A stretch of DNA of 64,000 nucleotides from Cyanophora paradoxa CCMP329. Taxonomy: Eukaryota; Plantae; Glaucophyta. The notes beneath the pieces are model-generated. The model searched no databases. It worked only from the letters and a program-made list of their open reading frames with translations, and was not told where the DNA came from. Shown piece by piece: positions 33,601 to 44,900 of this stretch. The position numbers and the translations under genes are program-made. The stretch is taken from the NCBI GenBank assembly GCA_004431415.1, contig QPMI01000089.1, positions 186,001-250,000 on the forward strand, written 5' to 3'. The first letter of the stretch is position 1. Each line of letters begins with the position of its first letter.

Positions 33601-36445
33601 GCGGGAGGCGGTCCAGCTGGACTACCTCAGCGAAGAGGCGGAGGCCCGCCGCGCCGCCGCCGCCGCCCTCCGCGACTTCGTGCGCGGACGCCCGCGCGCG
33701 CCGCCTTCGCCTTATCCGCACGCGTCGAACTGACGGCTTATCCGTCCGCAGGCGTCGGGCCTGGCGTGGGAGCTCGCGGGCGGCGTGGCCGACCGGAAGG
33801 CGGAGGAGGCGCGGCGGATCGCCGAGCACGCGGCGCGGGTGCGGGCGGAGGAGGAGGCGCGGGCCGCCGCGGAGCGGGAGGCGGCGCGGCTCAGGGAGGA
33901 GGCCGAGCGCGCGCGCGAGGCCGAGCTGCAGCGGCTCGACGAGGAGGCGCGCCGGGCGGCGCTGGAGGCCGAGGAGCACGCGCGGACCGCCGACGAGGCG
34001 GTCCGCCGCGCCGCGGAGGGCGCCGCGCGGGCCGCCGAGGAGTCGGCGCGGCGGCGGGAAGAGGAGGCGGCGCGCCTCGCGCGGGAGGCTGAGGAGCGGC
34101 GGGCGCGCGAGGAGGCCGAGGCCAAGGCCAGGGCCGACGAGGAGGCCCGCCTGAAGGCGGAGGAGGAGGCGCGAGCCAAGGCCGAGGCGGAGGCGAAGGC
34201 CAGGGCGGAGGAGGAGGCGCGGGCCAGGGCCGAGGAGGAGGCTCGGCTCAAGTCGGAGGCGGAGGCCAAGGCGAAGGCGGACGAGGAGGCGCGGCTAAGG
34301 GCCGACGAGGAGGCGCGGGCCAAGGCCGAGGCGGAGGCGAAGGCGGCGGCGGCGGCGGAAGAGGAGGCGCGGAAGGCGGCGGAGGAGGAGGCCGCCGCGA
34401 GGGCGAAGGCCGACGCCGACGCCGCGGCGGCCGCCCCCGCACCGGCGGCGGCAGCAGCGGCGGCGGCGGAACAGGAACCGGAAGCGAAGGCGGCAGAATC
34501 AGCAGCAGAAGCAGCAGCAGCCCCCGAGGCGACGAAGCCCGCAGCAGAGGAGCCGAAGCCCGCAGGATCGCCTCCGAGGCCAGCCGAAGCGCCTCCGAAG
34601 CCCGCGGAGGACGAGGAGGGGGGGGAGGAGGGCCCGCTGACGACGGCGCGGGCGTCGACCGCGGCCTCGCAGGTGCCCAACTAACTGCCTGGCCCGGCCC
34701 TGGTTCTGGCCCGGCCTTACCCTTGAGCCGCCGCAGGTGCTCGAGCAGGCGACTGCCGCCGTGATGGCCTCGCTTCTCCCCGAGGACGCCGCCGAGGAGT
34801 CTTCGGCGCCCAGGAAGGCCCGCGTCGTCGCCGTCGCGGCCCCCGAGGGCGGCGCCGCCGTCCCCAAGCTGGGCCTGGGCATCCCCGAGGGCCCCGGGGT
34901 CGGCCCCTCGCCCCGAAAGGTGCGGGCGCCTTCGTCGATTTCGGTCTGTTTGTTTGTTTGTTGATCTGACGGGGGCAGCAGGCGCCGATGGCGTCGCAGT
35001 TCCCGCAGGACCTGAACGCGCTGACGGTGCGGACGGCGCGGCGGAAGAGCCTCTCGGCCCTGGCGCCCGTCACCGAGAGCCACGACGCCGAAAAAGAGGA
35101 GGAGGAGGAGGAGGAGGAGGAGGGCGAGGACGGGGCTGGGGCGCAGGCCAAGGCGCCCGAGGCCCCCGCGGCGGCGGCGGCGCCGCCGGAAGGCGAGTCC
35201 TCATCCTCGTCATCCTCAAAGCCAGCGGAAGACGCCTCGGCTTCGGCGGAGGCGTCTTCGGCCTCGGCGGCGGCGGCGGCGGGCGGGGAGGCGTCCCGGG
35301 CGGCGGAGGTCCCGCGCCAGGCGACCGTCCCGCCGCTCCCCGAGTTCGGCGAGCGCCCGGCCTCGGCCGGGCTCAGCATCCCCACCGGGCGCTCCATCGG
35401 CTCGGTCATCCTGGAGCGCGAGCTGGCGGCGGCCGGGATCAGCATGTCGGCGCTCTCGGCCCGCGGCGGCGGGCGGGAGCCGAGCCACACGGAGCGCGTC
35501 GCCCTGCTCGTGGACGAGCTCCGGGGCCTCGGCCTCTCCAGCGCCGAGATCTCGGAGGCGGCGCCGGCGGGGCGGCGGGTGGCGGCGGCCAAGGCGCGGC
35601 TCGCGCGGGCGGCGGGCCCCGAGGAGGAGCAGGAGGCGAGGGAAGACCTCCGCCTGGCCCAGCTCGTCGAGGGCGAGCAGCTGAGGCAGGCGATCGAGGG
35701 CCGCCGAGCCTACCACGCCGTCCGCCGCGCTGCCGAGGGCCCCGCCGCCCCGGCCTCGGGGCCCCTCCCCTACTCGGCGAGCTTCGGCGTGAACCGCCCG
35801 GGGAGCGCCTCGGGCCCGGCGCGCATCCGGGCGCTGCGGTCGAACCAGGCCCTCTACGGGCCCCAGGAGCCGAGCCGAGAGGCCGTACAGCTCCTCGGGG
35901 AGGAGGGGGAGGGGTACGACGCCTTCGACGACTCGGGCGCCGGCGTCGTCGTCGTCGCGGGGCCCTCGGGGGCCGGCGGAGGCGGGGGCGGGGGCGGCAG
36001 CCGGGCTGCCCAGCTGAAGGCGGCCTTGGAGGCGGTCTCGACGCAGGGGTGGACCCTCGAGCGGCCGTCCTCCTCCTCCTCCTCCTCCTTCGCGGGGCCC
36101 GGGCGCCCCTCGCAGGGCCTCCTCCTCGCGGAGGCGCTGACGCCGGCGAAGCGGGCGGCGGCGCTCCCGCCGGGCGCCATGAACCGCTTCGAGCAGCGGC
36201 TGCTGGCCGGCGACGACGCCGCCCCGAGGCCCACGGGCGCCCTACTGGACTCGATCCTCGCCCCCTACCGCTCCGGAAGCTCCTCGGCGCTCCTGGGACC
36301 CGGCCTGGGCGCGGCGGCCCCCGACTCCCGCCCGGGCTCCTCCTCCGGCGACGCGGCGGACTCCCACCGCGTCACGGGCGCCACGACCGACAGCCTCCTC
36401 AAATCCATCCTCGCCTCCGTCCCCGCGCCCCCTTCCAAGGCGTGA
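30673..36445 (+). CDS. Large coiled-coil/single-alpha-helix protein with 'W..NYLLKM..DLDF' domain
   Basis: MEAPVVSRLPP...; RLQALWDELRVPDEHRSAF...VEAVLAWR...FYWRRQNYLLKMKDDLDFL. E/A/R/K-rich repeats (EEEARAKAEAEAKARA) at ~33790-34410. The last exon ends ...PAPPSKA* at 36445. Confidence 0.75.
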
Positions 36446-36844
36446 TCCCCCAGCCCCTCTTCGACGAGCCCCAGCTTTCTTTCCCCTGCCGGGCCCCACC
36501 CTCTATGGGCCCCACCCTCTATGGGCCCCTTCTTTCGTCCCGCCCAGTCCAGACCTTTCTCTCCGCTTGTGGGGCTCCAGCCCCTCTGTTGTTATACAGT
36601 GCACTTTGCGAGCTCTCTTTCATCGCTGCCGGCGCTGAAGGGCGTGGGAGGGGGATGGAGTTGGGGGGGGGGGAGAGAAGGGGGGGGGCAACTAACGGCT
36701 CAAAGCACGTGCATTAGCGGCGCCGGCTTCCAGCTGCAGCTCAATCAACTGCCGAGACGCCCACCGCTCGAATCGCGCAGCACGACCGCAACGCGGCGCC
36801 CTTGATCTAGGTCTCCGATCAGTCTGACACCGGCCCCGGCCCGA

Positions 36845-38164
36845 ATGGCCTTCGTATGCTGCCCGTTGCCAGCGCGCCTCGCATATGCATCGACGGGAAG
36901 CCTGGCGGCAGCGCCCGCGGCGGAGCTGCTCAGTCCGCGATGGAGCGCCGCGCCGGGCGCCTCTCCGAAGTGGGCCCGGCCGCGGTTTAGCGCCGCACCC
37001 GTCCCTCTTCGGTTTAGCGGCATAAGATCTTCGTCATCCATACAAGCAACGCAAGCAACACCCCCGGTGATACAGTGGAACGTGGTTCGCTCCGTCCGGC
37101 ACGCTCGCCCCGCCCACGGGCCCTGACCCCTGCGACGCAGCCCGCGCGCGTGAAGTTGGATCTCGACGGTGCGTTGATATCAGTTGTGTGCTACGCCCCG
37201 CCTCGTCGCTCACCCCTTCGGCAGATATCAACAGGTTGGGGCAGGCCTATAGCTATTCCGGCAGCATCCGCGCGGAGCGCTGATCGCAGGAGCAGATTGA
37301 CGAAAGGAGATGCGACTAAAGCGAAGGGTGGCTCTCGCAACGTGCCCCACCGCTTGACCCAGAGCGTACGCGCTGTCCGGTCAGAAACCTGGCGCCAGCC
37401 GCTGAGAGCCACCTCGCTCGCAGGAGCGCTTACTCTTCGAGATTGCGAGAACGCAGCGCTTTGCAGTCTTGAAAGACAGAGAGAATGTCAGGAACATATG
37501 GTGCCCGCCTGCTCCCAGCGCGCTCCTCCCTCGGCCACAGCGCACCTGAACGCTAACGCTGCCCGCCGCGCAGGGAGAAGTACTGCCACATGAAGGTCCG
37601 CCCTTGTCACGGAAGCGCGTATCCTTCCCCTTCCCTGTTCTCAGCGGCCGCGGGTCGCAGGGCATGACGACGGTCTGGGTCGACCAGAGGGGCCCCCTCG
37701 ACTTCGTGGGATGCGACGTGACGACCAGCCGCGCGTGGGAGGCGTGCCCCGAGGAGGACCGCATCCGCCTCCTCCAGCGTGCCTTCGTGGAGCTCGTCAC
37801 GGCGATCAACGGCCCCGACGCGGCGGAGGCGGCGCTGGCGGCCGCGCGGGGACTCCAGCCCGGCGTTGCCTCGGCTGGCTCAAAGGCATCTATCTGGGAC
37901 GACGACTCGCGCTCCGACTCGCGCCCTGTCAAGCCGGAGGCGAGGCCTGTGTGGGAGCCCTCGTCCGCGCAGAAGGTGCGGCTGCTCCCGCCCATGGCCA
38001 CGCCCACGTCCGCTCTCCCGCTTTCTTTGATGTCGTTCCGGCAGGCTTACGACATAGTCGCCATCTGGGAGCGCGGGATTTTCGAGGTCCGAGGCCTGAC
38101 GCGGTCGGAGAGCAAGCACAAGGCCCGCGCCGCGGCAGAAGCGCTGGAGAAGTCGCTCGCCTGA
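36845..38164 (+). CDS. Plastid-targeted hypothetical protein
   Basis: Starts MAFV with a Ser/Ala/Pro-rich presequence. Exons splice in frame to ...KLDLDDINRSRLTKGDATKAKGGSRNVPHRLTQSERLLFEIARTQRFAVLKDRENVRNIWEKYCHMKGMTTVWVDQRGPLDFVGCD...EKSLA*. Confidence 0.7.
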
Positions 38165-38902
38165 TGGGCCGTTTGTCGTACCGGGCTCAGCTGAAGTAGA
38201 GAATTCTTTAATAGACTTCTTACCCGAGAAACAGGCGCGCGCGCGCGCGCGCGAACGGCGAGACGAGTCGCAGATCAATTTCGGCAGGTTCATGTCCCCG
38301 GTCCGGCGCCGGCGCGGCGGCCCTCGCCCAGCCAGCTGCAGCGTGCGGGGCTAGGAACAGAATGCACTGTGCTGCACACTGTGACACTCGGACATGTACA
38401 TGTACAATGTGGGTGGGCCCCAAAGAGGGGCACAGCTTTTTCACTTCGTTCGCAGCTTGAAGTGAGGCCGCCGAGTCGGCGCCGACTAGCTCGCCGGCCG
38501 GCGGACTGATCGATTCTGCGCGGGTGGGCCTTGTAGCTGTTGCCAGCTCTCTTCGCCATCTTCGTGTGTGTCTTTTTTACTTTCTGGCTTTTCGGGCGCT
38601 CCCTGAGTTAGCCCGGGCTGAACCTCCGCCAGCGCGCACGGCCCAGCTGATCGAAGCCGGGCCGGGCCGATCGGAGGCTTCTTCTCGCTTCCGAAGTTCG
38701 GTTAGGTATACATAAAGCGACCTTCCTCGCTCGCTTTCCGGATTCTCCCGCCCTGATTGCACTTGTTTAGGGCGAGCCCCGAGCTCGGAGCCCGTCCGGC
38801 GTTTCCGCCAGTCTCGTTCGTTCATCTTTCCTTCTTACAGGGGATTTCCCGCGTGAAATGATGCTCGCAGGGTGAAGACGCGTCGCGGCGAACGTCGAAG
38901 GC

Positions 38903-41900
38903 ATGAATCGGTCCGCACGAGTCCTGCCGTGCTATGTACGCACGCATTTGCCCAATTATAACACCACGCAGGGGCTACGATCTCGCGTACTCCGGCCACG
39001 GCCACCGCGGGTCCGCGACCGTAACGCTTGTCGGGCTCGGGCTCAGAGCCGACCTCTGACCCTCGCGTTCTCGTCTCCAGCTGCGACTGCCCGTGTCATA
39101 GGCACCACGGCGGTGGTCATGGAGCTCGCAGAAAGCCTCGGGCAGCGTCGGTGAGCAGATCCCCCGGCGTTAGATTCGCTCGAGCTCGGGCGCTCACACG
39201 TGCGTTTCGAATTCGCAGCCTGTCCGCAAGGGACCACCGTGCGATCCCGATCTTCAATGTTGTTTATATGCGCGCCCGCCGACGCCGCCCGGACGCAGGA
39301 AGCCAGCGGCGGCGCCGCGGCCCGCGCCGGCCGTTCTGCCGCCTGTCCCGGCGCCCGAGCCCGAGCCCGAGCCGATGGAGGAGGAGGAGGAGCACGCGCC
39401 GCCCCCGCGGCGGGAAGAGCCATTCCGGAACATCGTTTTCGCCCCCCCGCGCTCCATCGGTTCGCCTGCCACTCCTCCGCCCGGCTCGACACGGGCCGGT
39501 TCCTGACGCGCGCGCCCGCCCGCAGCGCCGCCCGCGAACCTCTTCCCCACCTGGGCCAAGCAGGCTCCCAAGATGATCTACGTGAGTCCGGGCCCCTGCC
39601 GCGCCACTCTCCGGCAGCGCCCGACGCGGCGGGCGGGGCGACAGGTCCCAGACCCGAGCGCTGCGGACCGCGAGGCGGAGCTACGGGCGATGCGGCAGCA
39701 GATCGAGACCTCGCACGAGGCGAGCGGGCCGCCCTGACTTCTAACTTCTAACTTCTTCTTCTTCTTCTAACTTCCCCGGCAGGAGCGCGAGGCGGAGGCG
39801 GATGCCCTCAAGAAGCGCGTGGCGGAGCTCGAGGACGCGCTAAGGGACGCCCTGAAGCGGGCCGGCGAGGTGGAGCAGCGCGCCCGCGCCGCCGAGGGCC
39901 GCGTCAATCACGTGCGCGGCTTCACCCCCCCCCCCCCCCCCCCCCCGCGGCTCAGATCATGTCTGATCGCGGGCGGGACAGGAGCCGACGCAGCTGTTCG
40001 CGGAGCTTGCCGAGGCGAAGGCCAAGCTGCGAACCTCGCTCCCGCCGGCCGCCCTGCCGAAGGCTCCGGTGTGCCCCGCCCCGCCCCGCCCCGCCCCGCC
40101 CGCCCGCCCCACTACTCGCTGACGGGCCTTCGGTGGGGCCGCAGGCGATCACAAAGGTCGCTCCGGCGGGGCCCGGGGCCGCGACGATCGCGTGGAGCGT
40201 GCCGGTGGCCGACGCGGCCGCGGAGCCCGTCAAAACCATCGACATCTGGTGGGACGGCAGGAAGCAGGCCAGCGTCGGCCCGCAGGAGTCGAGCTACACG
40301 GCTCGCGGCCTAAAGCCCGGCGCGCCGTACGCATTCAGCCTGCGCGGAGTCAGCGACGCCGGGAAGGGGCCCCTCTGCGCCCCTGTCAGCTACGTCGAGG
40401 TGGTGGCGCCGGCGAAGCAGCCGCGGGTGAACGCGCCCAGGGACGTGGCGGCGAGCGAGGCCGGGCCCGGGGCGGCGACGGTGAGCTGGCGGGAGCCGGA
40501 GCCGCTGGAGGGCCCCGTGGCGCGCTTCGACGTCTACTCGGAGGGCGCGGCGGCGCCGCTGGGGAGCGTGCCGGCGTCGGCGGGGACGGGCAAGGCCGGC
40601 GCGCGGGCGTACGAGTTCAAGGCGACGGGCCTGAAGGCGGGCGCGCACGCGTTCTCGGTGGCGGCGGTGGGCGAGGCGCCGGCGGACGCGGCGGCGGCGG
40701 TGCCGGTGGCGCACAGCGCGCCGGTGCTGGCGACGATCTCGACGGGCCTGGCGGGGCGCCGACGGCCTGGAGGCCAAGGCGGAGGCGCCGGGCAGCGGCG
40801 CCGTCGGGCTGACGTGGAAGGCCCGCGGGCGACGCGGCGAAGGTGGAGGGTACGTCGTCTACGCGGACGGGGAGAAGATCGGCGAGGCGCCGGCGGGCAA
40901 GAGCGCGGAGGAGCCGATCAAGTACCGGGCGACGGGCCTGCAGGCGCCGCGGGCGTACGCGTTCACGGTGGCGGCGCGGACGAAGGCCGGCGAGGGCGAG
41001 CGGTCGGCGCCGGCGTCGGCGCTGGTGGCGGCGGTGGCGCCGCGGGTGAACGCGCCCAGGGACGTGGCGGCGAGCGAGGCCGGGCCCGGGGCGGCGACGG
41101 TGAGCTGGCGGGAGCCGGAGCCGCTGGAGGGCCCGTGGCGCGCTTCGACGTCTACTCGGAGGGCGCGGCGGCGCCGCTGGGAGCGTGCCGGCGTCGGCGG
41201 GGACGGGCAAGGCCGGCGCGCGGCGTACGAGTTCAAGGCGACGGGCCTGAAGGCGGGCGCGCACGCGTTCTCGGTGGCGGCGGTGGGCGAGGCGCCGGCG
41301 GACGCGGCGGCGGCGGTGCCGGTGGCGCACAGCGCGCCGGTGCTGGCGACGATCTCGACGGGCCTGGCGGGGCGCCGACGGGCCTGGAGGCCAAGGCGGA
41401 GGCGCCGGGCAGCGGCGCCGTCGGGCTGACGTGGAAGGCCCCGCGGGCGACGCGGCGAAGGTGGAGGGGTACGTCGTCTACGCGGACGGGAGAAGATCGG
41501 CGAGGCGCCGGCGGGCAAGAGCGCGGAGGAGCCGATCAAGTACCGGGCGACGGGCCTGCAGGCGCCGCGGGCGTACGCGTTCACGGTGGCGGCGCGGACG
41601 AAGGCCGGCGAGGGCGAGCGGTCGGCGCCGGCGTCGGCGCTGGTGGCGGCGGTGGCGCCGCGGGTGAACGCGCCCAGGGACGTGGCGGCGAGCGAGGCCG
41701 GGCCCGGGGCGGCGACGGTGAGCTGGCGGGAGCCGGAGCCGCTGGAGGGCCCCGTGGCGCGCTTCGACGTCTACTCGGAGGGCGCGGCGGCGCCGCTGGG
41801 GAGCGTGCCGGCGTCGGCGGGGACGGGCAAGGCCGGCGCGCGGGCGTACGAGTTCAAGGCGACGGGCCTGAAGGCGGGCGCGCACGCGTTCTCGGTGGCG

Positions 41901-44900
41901 GCGGTGGGCGAGGCGCCGGCGGACGCGGCGGCGGCGGTGCCGGTGGCGCACAGCGCGCCGGTGCTGGCGACGATCTCGACGGGCCTGGCGGGGGCGCCGA
42001 CGGGCCTGGAGGCCAAGGCGGAGGCGCCGGGCAGCGGCGCCGTCGGGCTGACGTGGAAGGCCCCGCGGGCGGACGCGGCGAAGGTGGAGGGGTACGTCGT
42101 CTACGCGGACGGGGAGAAGATCGGCGAGGCGCCGGCGGGCAAGAGCGCGGAGGAGCCGATCAAGTACCGGGCGACGGGCCTGCAGGCGCCGCGGGCGTAC
42201 GCGTTCACGGTGGCGGCGCGGACGAAGGCCGGCGAGGGCGAGCGGTCGGCGCCGGCGTCGGCGCTGGTGGCGGCGGTGGCGCCGCGGGTGAACGCGCCCA
42301 GGGACGTGGCGGCGAGCGAGGCCGGGCCCGGGCGGCGACGGTGAGCTGGCGGGAGCCGGAGCCGCTGGAGGGCCCGTGGCGCGCTTCGACGTCTACTCGG
42401 AGGGCGCGGCGGCGCCGCTGGGAGCGTGCCGGCGTCGGCGGGGACGGGCAAGGCCGGCGCGCGGCGTACGAGTTCAAGGCGACGGGCCTGAAGGCGGGCG
42501 CGCACGCGTTCTCGGTGGCGGCGGTGGGCGAGGCGCCGGCGGACGCGGCGGCGGCGGTGCCGGTGGCGCACAGCGCGCCGGTGCTGGCGACGATCTCGAC
42601 GGGCCTGGCGGGGGCGCCGACGGGCCTGGAGGCCAAGGCGGAGGCGCCGGGCAGCGGCGCCGTCGGGCTTACGTGGAAGGCCCCGCGGGCGGACGCGGCG
42701 AAGGTGGAGGGGTACGTCGTCTACGCGGACGGGGAGAAGATCGGCGAGGCGCCGGCGGGCAAGAGCGCGGAGGAGCCGATCAAGTACCGGGCGACGGGCC
42801 TGCAGGCGCCGCGGGCGTACGCGTTCACGGTGGCGGCGCGGACGAAGGCCGGCGAGGGCGAGCGGTCGGCGCCGGCGTCGGCGCTGGTGGCGGCGGTGGC
42901 GCCGCGGGTGAACGCGCCCAGGGACGTGGCGGCGAGCGAGGCCGGGCCCGGGCGGCGACGGTGAGCTGGCGGGAGCCGGAGCCGCTGGAGGGCCCGTGGC
43001 GCGCTTCGACGTCTACTCGGAGGGCGCGGCGGCGCCGCTGGGGAGCGTGCCGGCGTCGGCGGGACGGGCAAGGCCGGCGCGCGGGCGTACGAGTTCAAGG
43101 CGACGGGCCTGAAGGCGGGCGCGCACGCATTCTCGGTGGCGGCGGTGGGCGAGGCGCCGGCGGACGCGGCGGCGGCGGTGCCGGTGGCGCACAGCGCGCC
43201 GGTGCTGGCGACGATCTCGACGGGCCTGGCGGGGGCGCCGACGGCCTGGAGGCCAAGGCGGAGGCACCGGGCAGCGGCGCCGTCGGGCTTACGTGGAAGG
43301 CCCCGCGGGCGGACGCGGCGAAGGTGGAGGGTACGTCGTCTACGCGGACGGGAGAAGATCGGCGAGGCGCCGGCGGGCAAGAGCGCGGAGGAGCCGATCA
43401 AGTACCGGGCGACGGGCCTGCAGGCGCCGCGGGCGTACGCGTTCACGGTGGCGGCGCGGACGAAGGCGGCGAGGGCGAGCGGTCGGCGCCGGCGTCGGCG
43501 CTGGTGGCGGCGGTGGCGCCGCGGGTGAACGCGCCCAGGACGTGGCGGCGAGCGAGGCCGGGCCCGGGCGGCGACGGTGAGCTGGCGGGAGCCGGAGCCG
43601 CTGGAGGGCCCCGTGGCGCGCTTCGACGTCTACTCGGAGGGCGCGGCGGCGCCGCTGGGAGCGTGCCGGCGTCGGCGGGACGGGCAAGGCCGGCGCGCGG
43701 CGTACGAGTTCAAGGCGACGGGCCTGAAGGCGGGCGCGCACGCGTTCTCGGTGGCGGCGGTGGGCGAGGCGCCGGCGGACGCGCGGCGGCGGTGCCGGTG
43801 GCGCACAGCGCGCCGGTGCTGCGACGATCTCGACGGGCCTGGCGGGGCGCCGACGGCCTGGAGGCCAAGGCGGAGGCGCCGGGCAGCGGCGCCGTCGGGC
43901 TTACGTGGAAGGCCCCGCGGGCGGACGCGGCGAAGGTGGAGGGGTACGTCGTCTACGCGGACGGGAGAAGATCGGCGAGGCGCCGGCGGGCAAGAGCGCG
44001 GAGGAGCCGATCAAGTACCGGGCGACGGGCCTGCAGGCGCCGCGGGCGTACGCGTTCACGGTGGCGGCGCGGACGAAGGCCGGCGAGGGCGAGCGGTCGG
44101 CGCCGGCGTCGGCGCTGGTGGCGGCGGTGGCGCCGCGGGTGAACGCGCCCAGGACGTGGCGGCGAGCGAGGCCGGGCCCGGGCGGCGACGGTGAACTGGC
44201 GGGAGCCGGAGCCGCTGGAGGGCCCGTGGCGCGCTTCGACGTCTACTCGGAGGGCGCGGCGGCGCCGCTGGGAGCGTGCCGGCGTCGGCGGGACGGGCAA
44301 GGCCGGCGCGCGGCGTACGAGTTCAAGGCGACGGGCCTGAACGCGGGCGCGCACGCGTTCTCGGTGGCGGCGGTGGGCGAGGCGCCGGCGGACGCGGCGG
44401 CGGCGGTGCCGGTGGCGCACAGCGCGCCGGTGCTGGCGACGATCTCGACGGGCCTGGCGGGGGCGCCGACGGGCCTGCAGGCCAAGGCGGAGGCGCCGGG
44501 CAGCGGCGCCGTCGGGCTTACGTGGAAGGCCCCGCGGGCGGACGCGGCGAAGGTGGAGGGGTACGTCGTCTACGCGGACGGGAGAAGATCGGCGAGGCGC
44601 CGGCGGGCAAGAGCGCGGAGGAGCCGATCAAGTACCGGGCGACGGGCCTGCAGGCGCCGCGGGCGTACGCGTTCACGGTGGCGGCGCGGACGAAGGCCGG
44701 CGAGGGCGAGCGGTCGGCGCCGGCGTCGGCGCTGGTGGCGGCGGTGGCGCCGCGGGTGAACGCGCCCAGGGACGTGGCGGCGAGCGAGGCCGGGCCCGGG
44801 GCGGCGACGGTGAGCTGGCGGGAGCCGGAGCCGCTGGAGGGCCCGTGGCGCGCTTCGACGTCTACTCGGAGGGCGCGGCGGCGCCGCTGGGAGCGTGCCG

